In this document: positions 12,631 through 25,333 of the stretch, piece after piece
Layout: every line of letters begins with the position of its first letter
Position numbering within the stretch: position 1 is the first letter of the stretch
Assembly (NCBI GenBank): GCA_951406725.2
Contig: OX597817.1
Span: 106,764,001 to 106,828,000 of the forward strand
Direction: 5' to 3'
Origin: Octopus vulgaris
Lineage: Eukaryota
DNA: 64,000 nt
Made by a program: the position numbers and the translations under genes
Notes under the pieces: model-generated
Database searches by the model: none
Seen by the model: only the letters and a program-made list of their open reading frames with translations
What the model was told of the DNA's origin: nothing

Positions 12631-12713
12631 GGAATGTTAACATAGTCTACATGTGCACGGCGATATTCTTCAGCATCATTTATTATGTTAGTGAGCTGGT
12701 CAAGTGGAATATC
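12631..12713 (-). CDS. PROM1: Prominin-like exon J (83 nt, phase 0->2): DIPLDQLTNIINDAEEYRRAHVDYVNIP
   Basis: tttaaacag/gtgagt sites; phase-compatible with the TM3 exon. Confidence 0.87.
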
Positions 12714-12939
12714 CTGTTTAAAGACAGAAAAATTGTATATGTAAAACAAGACATTTTTAAAATCAAATCATCTCTGACAATCCTAGAATAGTTACAGCCA
12801 AGAAATATTGTTTGACTTTAAAAAATGTCTACATGTCAATCCTTTTCAGGTACAAATTATGTTTGCTATGCTGAAGTTTTAAAGTGTGGAAATGAAAAAT
12901 TATTTTGCTGTTTTATTTGTTTTTATGTTGCTTAACACT

Positions 12940-13135
12940 AAGTCAGTTCTAATCAAGTAGACTGATGAATACAGGTACCTCAGTCATGACTATCCCATTT
13001 TCTTTTCTTCAGGCATAGTATATCTAGAACTACATTATCCAATGTGTCATTCCTTAAGAAGGTTGAGTGTGATTTTAAAGGAAGTTTGGCTCTATTTCTA
13101 GATAGTTAAGTGACTACACAGGGGTTTCCTTATTG
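12940..13135 (+). repeat. ~200-bp dispersed non-autonomous repeat; copies near 21355-21910 (interrupted), 22311-22520, 26700-26880(-), 32900-33080(-), 42875-43055, 51745-51945(-), 54640-54910, 55475-55685, 61455-61610(-)
   Basis: Shared tacattatccaatgtgtc...gtgtgatttgagggagatttggctgctatttctagcagg core; class not determined. Confidence 0.75.
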
Positions 13136-13339
13136 ACTATGTTGATATAGCTTGACTAGATGTCAAACATTTACTTTCTCTAAATGTCCAATTGTAATTA
13201 ATGATTGGGTTTATGCATTCATTTCAATTCAGTGATATCTGTGAAGTGAGCTTGCTCAATTTGTATGGGAACTCACTGCTGTATAATTAGTGTAAGTACA
13301 TTTATTTATTTATGTATTATTTATTTACTAATATCTGGT

Positions 13340-14090
13340 GGTGTGGTCATGGCCTAGTCACCTGTATTGTAAACCAGGTAGTTCACAAAGGAGTCATACC
13401 CAATGACTGGCATAGCAGCACCATAGTCAACTGCTATAAAGGTAAAGGGGATGCTTTAGATAGAAATAACTACAGGGGTATCAAACTGCTGGATCAGGCA
13501 ATGAAGGTCATAGAAGGTCATAGCCCAACTAATTAGGGAGAGAGTCTGCTTAGATGAGATGCAGTTTGGTTTTGTACCAGGTAGAAGCACCACTGATGCT
13601 ATATTCCTGGTATGGCAACTGGAGGAGAAATACCTAGGCAAAGATAAACCCCTATACTTGGCTCTTGTTGACTTTAAGAAAGTATTTGACAGGGTCTCCT
13701 CATCCCTTATCTGGTGGGTGATGGGGAAACTGGGGATTGATGAGTGGTTCATAAGAGCTGTACAGGGATGCTGTCAGTAAGGTAAGGGTCAGCAATGAGT
13801 ATAGCGAAAAATTCCAAATAGAAGTAGGGGTTCACCAAGAATCAGCCCTCAGCGTCCTCTTATTCATCATAGTTCTCCAGGCAACAACAGAGGAATTGAA
13901 GACAGGCTGCCCTTGGGAGCTCCTCTATGCTGATGACCTTGCTCTCATAGAGGAATCACTACTAGAACTAGAAGAAATTCCAGAATCAAAGGGCCTTAGA
14001 GTCAATGTTGCAGAAACCAAAGTCCTAGTAAGCAGGAGGGCGAACAAATCACAAACCCCTTCAGCTAGATGGCTGTGCTCGATCTACTGT
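13340..14090 (+). mobile_element. Second degenerate RTE RT fragment, same family as 985-3290
   Basis: PNDWHSSTIVNCYKGKGDALDRNNYRGIKLL, QFGFVPGRSTTDAIF and WELLYADDL, with frameshifts. Confidence 0.92.
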
Positions 14091-14889
14091 TACTAAGAGG
14101 AGGAAGAGCAGTGTTCAACCTTTTTCAGGTTGTCTGAATGCCAGCAATAGAGTGGATTCAGCAAAAACACACAAGCACAAAGTGATGGTATAAACCAGGC
14201 CAAATTAAACATATCATCCAGTAACAGAATTTGTCCCTCCAATAAGTTTCCACACCGAAATGATCTAAATAAGTTACTAGGGTTGTTGTAGTGACAGTAT
14301 AGTGATTAGAGTAAGAAAGGGGTGAAAGTGCAGACAGTTGGTAACTCTGTAAGCAATAAAATGTTTCTTTCTCCTTCCAAATGTAAGACTAAAATATGTG
14401 TAACTGTGATGTTATGAATAATAATAAGACATGATCATTGAACATGGAAGATCAATGAAGACCAGAAATAGATGAGTGGAGCAAGTGTTAACTTAAATGA
14501 AAGGTGAAATGCAAATGAGATGAAGTAAAAAAAAAAAAAAAATTTGATCTTAAGTTTTGTTTGTGTGACATCCAAGCATTTCACTTCCATTAATGAGTTG
14601 CTTGATTTCATAGTTTTTATAGTCAAACCAGGTTTGGCTCCGCTTTAATGAAATACGACAGCATATGCTATCTCAGTGATGATATTTCAAATTGATGACT
14701 ATTTTTCATCAAGAGAGTGATTAATGTAGGGTTTGAAATCAGTTCTAGATGAAGATCTGTTTGAAATGTGTCTCTAATTTTCAAGCTTTAAAATGTTTTG
14801 TTTTCTTCAAAATGATAATGACTGTTAGTTTTATGATTTAACACAAATGATGATTTTTATGTGTATGATGATGAGACAGTGATCAGTTG

Positions 14890-15135
14890 AGCCAAGTCAT
14901 CAGCACTCGGTTCTGTTCTGGAAAAGAGGATATATTTTTTATCTTGTTGATGGTCTCAATCCTGATGCTTTTCACTTTTTACTTTATAAAAGAAAGTATA
15001 ACCAGAACCTGTCTCTTCAAGTTTTCTTTTTCTTGAAAGAATGCTCCACACAGGATATTGAAACAAGAAAGCTCTTTCAAATTGAGCGATGCATGTCATT
15101 CTGGTCCACCATGTAAATTCTTCACTATATCCATG
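14890..15135 (-). mobile_element. Decayed RTE/BovB-like APE endonuclease fragment
   Basis: LEETGSGYTFF resembles the RTE endonuclease segment. Confidence 0.5.
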
Positions 15136-15141
15136 CATGTA

Positions 15142-15353
15142 CAGGGTGGCCCAAAAGTAGGTTTACAGTTACTCAACTATCTCTTCCACATTCATATACT
15201 AACAGTTTAGATCTTAATTATAAAAATATATGAAACCATTATTCTATGCTAATTCAGTTATTTGTAAGATAGTAACTTAAATGTAATAAAATGTTTTAAA
15301 AGAAATTTAAAGTGCCTGCGTGATAATTGTAAACCTACTTTTGGGTCACCCTA
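15142..15353. mobile_element. Tc1/mariner-type MITE
   Basis: TIRs cagggtggcccaaaagtaggtttaca / tgtaaacctacttttgggtcacccta, flanked by TA on both sides. Confidence 0.88.
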
Positions 15354-16117
15354 TATTAGTGTTTTATTTTTTTGCTTCTTTATCTCATTTGCATGTTAGC
15401 TTTCATGAAAGTAATTTTTTTGTAGATATAGATACATGCATGCAGACAGACAGACAGAAAGACATGCAGGTACACAAACACACTTTTATTAAACTTTTAA
15501 TTAACAGAAAGTTACGAAAGTGATTCAAGGTCTGAGAATTTTGTGCATAACACTTATCAAACTGACTTCAAATCTGGGACCTTGTTTTTTTTTATATATA
15601 GTGTGTTTTGCACCTTCAAAAATGTGAAATAGGAGATCATTTACTTGAAAACAAGTTAATGGTTAGTGATAGGAAAGGCACCCAGCAGTAAAGCAATGTC
15701 TCAATAATATATTCAACTAACCCATGCTACCATGGAAAACTGGATAAAGAAAACGATGTGTATGCAAATTGTAATTAACCTAAGTAAATCAGGTCTTGGG
15801 AGTAATGTGGCTTAAGTGAACTCAACCATTCAACAGAGATAAACAGATTATTAAATTAAGTATAGGAGTTAAAAGAATGAACTAAAATAACCCAAGTGTG
15901 ACCAGAACAGTGAATGAAAAACATTGAAAGGAGGCAGCTATGTTGATGGACCATCAGCTGTTAAATTTAGTAGTGATGGTGATATGTTGTGTTAATTATG
16001 CTCTAATAAGCCAAGGTTATTAGGTATTTTCTTTAGTTTTATAGTCAGTATTTCCCATCAAGATTTACTTCTGCTGACTTTGAGATACATGAAGGCAAAG
16101 GAAGAAATAATACTTAC

Positions 16118-16191
16118 TTCTTTTGATTTATCAAGTTTTTTCAATGCACTATCAACATTGTCCGTTACTTCAGTGAGACGTTTTTGAACAT
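16118..16191 (-). CDS. PROM1: Prominin-like exon I (74 nt, phase 1->0): NVQKRLTEVTDNVDSALKKLDKSKE
   Basis: ttttatttag/gtaagt sites; open amphipathic helix. Confidence 0.87.
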
Positions 16192-17028
16192 CTAAATAAA
16201 ATTAAAAAAAACATTAGCTAAAGAGAGATACATTTCAAGTACCAACATTGGAATTAACAAAATGCAATGGGGAATTTAACTGGAAGATAATTACAGAAAC
16301 CTTTTATAACACACTGAATCAATCTTTGTCTTAGCACCTTCTTTACTCTAGTTATTCTATAGCTAAGAGAAATAACATAATATTTTTCATCAACTTTCAT
16401 TACTACAGCAGCTTTCAAGCAGTTAAGAGGCATTTCATCTATTAGATAGAACATCTGGTCACAGGTTTTGCTAATGAAAAGCTTTGAACTTGGCACTGTA
16501 AGCTAACAACACATGCTGACATTAGAGCATTCATTTTTTTCAACAGTGTGTTCTACCTACTTACATTATGTGTTTGACAGGCATCGGTGAGAGTAAAATA
16601 TTTTAGCTCTTTAGATAACAAAATGTTGGTGGCTGGCTACAAGCTGTCAATCCTTGGTCCTGCAGCATGTCAGCCTTTCAATTTATCTTCTGTATCTCTT
16701 AATAACATCGTGGTATTAATTTACAGTAAGGCACCTTATTACTTATGCCACCAAATTTTAAGTCATAAAAGAAGCTAAAAATAAAATTTCCGAGGAAATA
16801 AAAAATAAAGCCCATACAGTGAATATAACAAGTTCATGTCAATCTCTGTTGAATTATGAACAAGTTCATAATTCAACATAAATCTACTGAAATATTCAAA
16901 TTTGCAAATCCATCTAGTGTATGCAAACAGGAAAAAGTAGAATATGGAACAAAATACACTTTGAGCCAGTTACGAAAAATAATGGGATACTGACTACATT
17001 AAAATAATAAATATCAACCATAACTTAC

Positions 17029-17092
17029 TTTTTTTATTTTTTTCCATAATTGAAGAAATATTAGCGGAAATATCTGCAAACTTTTCTCTAGC
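17029..17092 (-). CDS. PROM1: Prominin-like exon H (64 nt, phase 0->1): AREKFADISANISSIMEKKIK
   Basis: tctcattgcag/gtaagt sites; supplies the phase change required between exons G and I. Confidence 0.87.
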
Positions 17093-17778
17093 CTGCAATG
17101 AGAATTCAAAAAGAATGTTACTATATCAACTTCTGCTACTTTTAGTCTGCTACTAGTTACTATATAGGGCAAAGTCCGGATATATATATGAAAATGCATA
17201 CTTGCAATAATTTTATTGAGGTAGATAATAATTCTCAACCATTTTTTGCCTGTGAATTCTTTTGATTCCTCTTTTTCTTTAACTAGACCCCTGTAGCCAT
17301 TTGCAGTTTTAAAGCAATCCCATCATATTTTTATAATTAAATACTATTAGGAATTGCATTAAAAAAATTGCTAAAATATTTTGTGAATTGTAGAAGTATA
17401 ATCAATATTTTTGCATATAAATTTTAACAACAAAATCTTATATGGAACCCCAAGGGCCATATGGATCCCAATTGAGAACCACTAAGTCAAATTAATGAAT
17501 AACATTTTCAACATGTTTTCTACCATCAGTGATGTACTTTGTGAGATTTCTATGAACACGATGCAATTTGAGCTCATTCATTCATCTCGACTTCGTGGTC
17601 ACTCTGTAGTTTATAACTATCTTTTACCATAATACAACTTTTTCTTTGATATCAAGGTGAAGGATTTTGTTAAATAACTAAATATTTTCCTCTATAGCTA
17701 ACAACTAAACTATCAACATACAAGAACCTAAGGGGTGAAATCTTCTTTATTTCAGAGCTTATGACTTTTTTTCTTCTA

Positions 17779-18051
17779 CAGCTCCCATGACTTCAGGAAA
17801 CATTTTTTCACGCTGAGAGTTGCTGAAGCGTGGAACAAACTGCCGGCATCGGTTGTTAGTTGTCGGAGCACTGCATCTTTCAAGACTTCCTGAGATTCGC
17901 CAACACTACACTTGATTTTCTCCCCTCCATACACACACAAGCATGTTCACTTTCCAGACATTTCTACATTACTGCATGTACTTTATATGCACTTTCTGAC
18001 AAGTTGTGGTGCACCTGAGCACTGTATACAATAATTTCATTATTATTATTA
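17779..18051 (+). mobile_element. 3' end of a CR1/L2-like LINE with (ATT)n tail
   Basis: C-terminal motif RKHFFTLRVAEAWNKLPASVV...SFK, then UTR and tcattattattat; CpGs retained. Confidence 0.8.
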
Positions 18052-18130
18052 TAAATTTTAAGTTGTGTATTTGTTGTATAAATACCCTTAACAAACCAAA
18101 TTGGCCAAAATTATTTAACAAAAAAAAAAA

Positions 18131-18296
18131 GTAAATCATCATCATCGTCGTCGTTTAACGTCCGTTCTCCATGCTAGCATGGGTTGGACGGTTCGACCGG
18201 GGTTCTGGGAAGCCAGAAGGCTGCACCAGGCTCCAGTCTAATCTGGCAATGTTTCTACAGCTGGATGCCCTTCCTAACGCCAACCACTCCGTAAAT
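18131..18296 (-). mobile_element. Young 5'-truncated RTE-tail retro-insertion with 6-bp direct TSD (GTAAAT)
   Basis: gtaaat at 18131 and 18291; CpG-rich; identical to 21673-21817 in opposite orientation. Confidence 0.88.
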
Positions 18297-19994
18297 GAAT
18301 TAAAAACTCTAGCAATGCTAGAGAAAAAGTCCTACAATTCTTTAGTAAAAAGGGATCCAACAAAAGCTGTATTGAGAGAAAAGATAGGTTATGGCCTAGT
18401 TGCATGTGAGAGAGCTGTTCAGGTCATAAATTAAAGGATTAAAAATAGGTTCAAGATTAGTAATCAATCCAGTGGATAATTTAAGGTTGTGTGGGTGTCA
18501 AGTATTTACGATAAAGGTAATTTGCTTTCACTTTGTGTCGCCTCCACTTTTGAAGTGAAAATAATGACATTCAAGACCAAGTACTGAAAGAACCTCCTTT
18601 CTAAGCAATAAGGTTCTTACAGCAAAACCAGCCCAGCAGAAGTTTTAAATGTTTCCTATTCCAAGCTTTAGAGGTCTGAAAATGATTAGCTCCTTGTTTC
18701 TGGTGACTGTGCTTTATGCCTTCAAGTCTATCTTACTACAACAAACCTATAAATTTTAAAGCCTGGGACTTATTCTATCAGTCTCTGTTGCCAAACTACT
18801 AAGTTACAGGGACATAAACAAGTCAAGTTGTGGTGGTGAGACAATCACAAAGACATACACTCACAGATACATATATATATATATATATATATACATATGT
18901 CTGCATATATAACATGCTTCTTTCAGTTTCTACCTACCAAATCCACTCACAGGCTTTGGTCAACTCAGGGCTATAGCAGAAGACACTTACTCAAGGTGCC
19001 ACATAATGGGACTGAGCTCAGAACCATGTGGTTGGGAAGCAAACCTCTTACCACACAGTCTAGCCTTGTGTAATATATAGGAATGAAGTAGGTAACCACA
19101 GATTATTTCTTAGGCTGTAGTAGATAAGAGGTTTAAAACAGATTATTATTTAGGCTACAGTAGGTTAAGTGAAGAAAAACTGACTGTTGTGTAGGTTACA
19201 GTGTGTAGGAGGTGTAAGCAGGATAAAAAGTAGATCAACAAAGATACAATATTTCAAATGTGTTACTTTACAAACACAATTTGTATTGTGTATTTAAAAA
19301 CTTGAGACCATAAACTGACAATAATCTACAGGAAGTAGTTATAGTGTTATTTAAGTGACAGAATTAGTGCTGAGATTGGAGCCAATATGATTTGCATAGT
19401 ATATCAAGGGACAAAGAAAGCAAACTTTGACTCACAATAGATAAATTGTATGATAAAAAAAAAACAGGTGAAGTTACATTGCAGTGAAATACAAGCAATT
19501 CTGAGAAAAGCATGAATAAAGTTTTCAAATATAGTGGAAATTTCAGAGAGAAATTGCATACAAAAGATTTAAGGCAGTGATTAGTACTTATTATTGTTGT
19601 TAAGCTCTCATCAAACAAACTGATAATGTCCAGCTTTGGACCATCATATTTTGTCCCAGAGCATTCTAAATTCAGAACCACATATCCAACACAATTTTGT
19701 AAGACAGCAAAGTGTGATTTGAGAGATTTGGCTACTATTTCTTGCAAGTTAAGCAAATACATAGAAGCTCCCTGAGCAAAAATGTGATGTCCATTTGATT
19801 AGAAAATGGATAAAGAAGATAAGTGATAATGAATGAAAATTGATATTGCACTCATACCTCTGCATTTGCTAAACACAAAGCAAGAGTTGATATATTTACA
19901 GAAAAATAACCATGCAAAATTGAGCTAAACCAGTTTCTTTATAAAGCACTCAATAAAAATAGCAGACTTATAGGTAAAAGTATTTTAGTCATCA

Positions 19995-20420
19995 CTATCA
20001 TCATCATCATTTAACATCTATTTTCCATGCTGGCATGGGTTTGACGGTTTGACTGGGGACTAGCAAGCCATGGAGACCACACCAGGTTCCAATCTGATTT
20101 GGCAATGTTTCTACAGCTGGATGCCCTTCCTAAACCCAATTACTCAGAGTGTAGTGAGTGCTTTTTATGTGCCATAGGCATGGGAACCAGTTAGGCAGCA
20201 ATGGGATTGGCCACATTCAGACGGTGCTTTTTCCATGCTACTGGCACAGGAGCCAGTCGGGATGGGGTGTTGGCATCAACCATGTTCGGACGGTGCTTTT
20301 TAAGTGCCATTGGCACAGGGAGCCAGTCAGGCAGCACTGGCAATGACCCATGCATAAATGGTGCTTATTGCATGCCACCAGTACTAGTAACGGACACAAC
20401 TACAATTTCCATTTGGCTGT
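19995..20420 (-). mobile_element. Older RTE-tail SINE with internal tandem modules; related copies near 22960-23190(-), 39552-39835(-), 63225-63395(+)
   Basis: atcatcatcatttaac...gctggatgcccttcc followed by repeated gtgctttt.atgtgcca..ggcac units. Confidence 0.82.
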
Positions 20421-21174
20421 GATTTGAGTTGATTTTGATTTATTTGACTTTGTAGCAGTTGACTATGGTGCTGCTATGCCAGTCGTTGGGTATGACTCCT
20501 TCATGAACTACCTGGTTTACAATACTGGTGACTAGACCATAACCCACACCACCAGATATTTTAAGCATCTCAGCCGTGATTCCTGATGGGCCAAAATATA
20601 AATTCATAATTATGTAAGTCTACAAACACCAGTTTTTATAAGAGAACTAACTTTTCTGAAATGGATGTCTTCGAAGATCATAGTAGTTTACAAGTTTTAA
20701 ATGGAATTAAGAGGATGAAAACATTAATATTAATTGATATTCATATAAATATTACTGCTATATTGCATTGTTAAGTACAGGTTTCCAATGAACCAAACAT
20801 TGTTGATTTATTGCATTTCCAATAGCGAGAATGAGAAGATAGTCTGAGCAAACTAGGGAGAACTAAGGCAAAAAGGTATTTTATATGGTGTGAAAGCCCA
20901 GTTTATCATTTTTCTCACAGGTGTAAACATCCTTTGCTGACATATATTGGTGAATGACAAACACACACGTCATACTAGTGCAAATTCTTTCTACTAAATC
21001 CCATTCATAGAACAGTGATAAGTGAACCCAAGACTATGGGTAGAAGACCTTTGCCTGAGGATCAAATCTGCATCCAGATGATTGAGAAGCAAACTTCTAA
21101 ACCACACATCCAAACAACCAAGTCCGCATCCATTAGAAAATCAGAAATATAAATTTGAAATACATATAACTTAC

Positions 21175-21243
21175 TTCAACAGCAAGATGGGAAATATTCA
21201 AGGCTTTGTCTAATTTTGTCAACATTGCTTTTTGGGAATCCAG
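21175..21243 (-). CDS. PROM1: Prominin-like exon G (69 nt, symmetric phase 0): LDSQKAMLTKLDKALNISHLAVE
   Basis: ctttttttcag/gtaagt sites; open frame. Confidence 0.88.
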
Positions 21244-21484
21244 CTGAAAAAAAGTGGAAGATGGTGGTTATAATTAATTTTTAATGAAGTGGGGAAAAAG
21301 ATATTAGTAAACAAGAAAGCAATTATATCTACATTTTAATTTCAAAGAGACATGTTGTTTAGCCTAGGTCAATCCTAACTGAACAGACAGACCTATGATG
21401 AAGATGTTCCAGCCTTGCCCATCTTTCCTTTTTTAAATAATGTATAAGAGTATATTATCCAACTGCGTCTTCTATTTTTGCACG

Positions 21485-21835
21485 AATTGAACCAGCCAGG
21501 ATCCCTGGTCTGGTGGTACGTAAAAAGCACTATCCGACTCGTGGCCGATGCCAGCACCGCCTCGACTGGCTTCCGTGCCGGTGGCACATAAAATACACCA
21601 ATCTGACCGTGGCCGTTGCCAGCCCCGCCTGGCACCTGTGCAGGTGGCACGTAAAAAGCACCCACTACACTCACGGAGTGGTTGGCGTTAGGAAGGGCAT
21701 CCAGCTGTAGAAACATTGCCAGATTAGACTGGAGCCTGGTGCAGCCTTCTGGCTTCCCAGAACCCCGGTCGAACCGTCCAACCCATGCTAGCATGGAGAA
21801 CGGACGTTAAACGACGATGATGACGATGATGATGA
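21485..21835 (+). mobile_element. Young RTE-tail SINE nested inside a copy of the 200-bp repeat
   Basis: GC/CpG-rich; three gtggcacgtaaaaagcac-like modules; (GAT/GAC)n tail; host repeat halves lie on both sides. Confidence 0.88.
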
Positions 21836-22606
21836 CAGAGTATGATTTGGGGAAGATTTGGCTGCTATTTCTAGCAGACGATAAATCCATACAGAGGTTC
21901 CACATTGGTTTGATATTGACTATGTTGGTGATATTGATAAAGATGGCTCAATAAGCAAAGATCTTGCTTTTCCAAGATTATTTTCAAAGGCAGGTTAATG
22001 CAGTGGAGTATTAATAGCAAGATTCTAAGTTCAAATCTTGCTACACTGTCATATAGTTACACTAGGTAAGGGCACCATCTTTAAATAGCACCAAACCTAT
22101 ACATTTGGATAGTGACAGGAAACACACATGCTCTAAAAATAAGCTATCCAAGATTTTCAAACTCCATAGCGGTTGGCGTGGAGACAAGTGCATAAAATAT
22201 TTTAGAAGCTCCTCATATAAATTACAATACACATCGATTTCCTACATTAAATGTTGAACAAAAATCTGTTGAAAATATGACATTGACACATGATAGGGGG
22301 AAAAAATTACTGTTTAGCCAAAACAAGCCCTGATTGAGCAAATATCTGATCAAAGGCATTTCAGCTGTGATCATCCTGTCTACTTTTTAGACAGAGAGAA
22401 TCAAGAACTATATTATCCAATGTGTAGTTCCCTTTTTTTTAAGATAGTTAGGTGTATGGTATGAGAGATTTTGCAACTCTTCCCAGCAGGTCAAATGACT
22501 ATGTAGTGGTCCAGCATTGTTTCAATGATGTAAAAGTTATAAAATGGTGATCAATCATCTAGAACCATGAACAATTAAAATGTAATTAGGAGTTTCAAAA
22601 TCTTAC

Positions 22607-22800
22607 CTTGCTAAAATTTGCAACCACTTCCGTGTTTTTAACATAATTTTTGATTTCATTACAATTGGTGCAATTTTTCAGTTGAATTAAAATTTGTTGT
22701 TTTATATTAGTCAAATTAGATTCTAGTGTTTGGCCAAGCACAGTTAAATTATTCAGTGAGTGGCTCAGATTGCTCACTGAGTTTCTTAGGTCTTTTATTT
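22607..22800 (-). CDS. PROM1: Prominin-like exon F (194 nt, phase 1->0): EIKDLRNSVSNLSHSLNNLTVLGQTLESNLTNIKQQILIQLKNCTNCNEIKNYVKNTEVVANFSK
   Basis: Heptad-rich helix, Cys pair and ANFSK ending typical of prominin loop 1; tttttttcag/gtaaga sites. Confidence 0.92.
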
Positions 22801-25333
22801 CTGAAAAAAATAACACAAATTAATCTTAAACAATACAATATGCCATAGAGTATAAGAATTCTAACCAATTTGTAAATGATAAAGGCAAAAGTAAATTCTT
22901 TTTGTGATTCCTATTTTATCAAGAATTTATTGAAAGTATCTGGCTCACCAGATACTCTAATCATCATCATTTACTGTCTGTTTTCCATGCTGGCATGGGT
23001 TAGATGGTTTCACTATAACTGGTAAGCTTGGTTCCAGTCTGTTTTAGCATAGTTTCTATGGCTAGATGTCCTTCCAATGCCAACCATTCCCGAGAATGTA
23101 CTGGGTGCTTTTTATGTGTCACTAGTACAGGTCACCGGAACTGGCAATGATTACAATTTCATTAAGCTTGACCTGTATTCTCAAGCACATTGAAAATTAA
23201 ATAGGAGAATTAATCAATACGATAACAGTTTAATATTTAGACAGACATTTATTCTATCAAACTTTCATAATAGGAAGAGTTTTCCTCTTTAATGTGATTC
23301 TAACAAAAGATTTTATCTTTACCCAAAAATCTAAGAGGAGATAATAAGATTATAATTTTTCAAATTATTAACCTCATTTTAATTATGATGAAACATATTT
23401 CTAAATATTTACATCTACACTATATTTTAATCAGTTTGATTGTTGATTGTCAACAAGTGTCCCATTCCTGATAAAGGTCAAGAAGTTCTACTTGGTAACT
23501 ACATGGTTTCAAATTCAATTTTACTGTGTGGCACCATGGGTTAGTGTCTTCTAATATAATCCTCCTGGGTCAACCAAAGCCTTGAGTGAAATTTGATAGA
23601 TGGAAACTGTAAAAGCTCCTATTGGATGGACCGGTTCTATTTTTGGTTGGCAGACTTAAATCTATAACCCTGTTTAATACAACCAACTGGCCTTCAGATG
23701 CTTTTTGCAGAGTCCACTCTGTTGTAAACTTTCAAAATAAATCTTTAGTCTGAAGCTAACTTTCTTTTGCAAGTCTTGAATCTAAAAAAGGTCATAGGTA
23801 CTACTCTTCCTCTCCTGGCTAAACAACATATAAAAATACAAATATCAGACTTGTTTCAAGCTGGAAACCTTTATTGCTAAACTATATGTGTTAGTAATGA
23901 CAACACATAACCTATTGGTTGAGGTGTTGCACTCATGATCATAAAATCCTGGGTTTGATTCCCAGACCAGGCAGTGCTTGTGTTCTTGAGCAAAAATTTT
24001 TCATCTCATATTGCTGTGCAATCACTTCAACATCTGACGTATGGCACATCATGCACCTGTCAGGCAATGTTGATTTGATGGAGAGAGTGAGTTAATGTGC
24101 AATGCAAACATATGATCACTACAAACACATCATCTATGTAGGTTGTTTATAAGAAATTGCAGAACTTCTTTCTCAGACTTGAGAAACTACCATTTGTGTT
24201 AATGAATCAGGGGTAAGAATAGCTTTGGCGTTTTTGGTAAAAGCAAGGAGAGTGAATCTGTAGGCCCTGACTGAGCTTTAAAATCCTCAACAGTTAAGAG
24301 ATGATCATGTGCCTGAATACACTGATTGTGCTAAATAATTCCTGCTAAAATTGTTCAAAAACTACTTCTAGTCGATTGTTCAGGCTGCTGCAGCAGAGAA
24401 CAGCAGTTGCTGTGTTTCCCAATTCAGTTACTTAGTACTTTTCTCAATACTGACAGCAGGAATTAAGGGCTTTTGTAGAAAGTAGGACACATATTGAAGT
24501 TAAAGGGGGACAGATTCCTAGCATGGTATTGCAATCACTTGTAGAAGGTAATGGTGTTATAATCTTGATTTTAGAAATAAACATTCCAAGTTTGAATCAA
24601 GTCTGCTTTAATGTACATACACAGGAATAAGACACTTGATGATGAGCAGAAATCAAACTGATCAAAATGTGCAAATACAAATCCAAAAATGAAACTTCAT
24701 TTCTAAAGATGGGGTTAATACCTCAACAGTTATAATCATTAAAATTAATAAACACAATTAGCACAGGCATCATATCCTCTCTTGTTTTTTGTTGAAAACA
24801 CTATGAACTACAATGTGTAACAAAATTTTTATTTTTCTTTGGTCAGTAAATGTTAATCCCCACCCTATTTGCATCAACTTAAAAATCAAAGGAAATAACT
24901 ACTATTCCCTTCAAACTTTGCTTTAGTGATCTGAAATCCATTACATTTCAGACAGATTCAGCACAGAATTGCTGAAGTAGAAATATTGTTATAGCAAATA
25001 TTCTGCTCAATACCACAAATTTGCTTGTCAATTGCTTCACCTGAACCACTTGAGCATGGCCCTTAGTGGCTGACAATGTGAGCATCTCTGATCATGAGCA
25101 GGAATAGTAGAGGAACATCATAGCCATGTGTTGAGAGGGATTCTTTGGAATTTGAATAAAAGTAACAAAATCAAAGTTTGAAGGAAATATTAGCCATTTT
25201 TCATACTTTGAAGAGGTAAGCAAATAAAAAAATAACAGTTGCTACCCAAGAACAAAAATCATGTTACACAGTGCTATGAATTCCAGGAAGCACAACCCTT
25301 CACATAAACTTAAATCAGCAGATGCAGACATTT

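Noticed and set aside
20150-20390. CRISPR-like repeat-spacer pattern (also 21510-21665)
   Set aside because: Repeats are degenerate, lie inside a dispersed retroelement in a eukaryotic intron, and there are no cas genes.
21393-21794. 133-aa ORF sharing its N-terminus with ORF 18171..18434
   Set aside because: Both are antisense readings of the same non-coding retroelement tail and diverge where the repeat ends.
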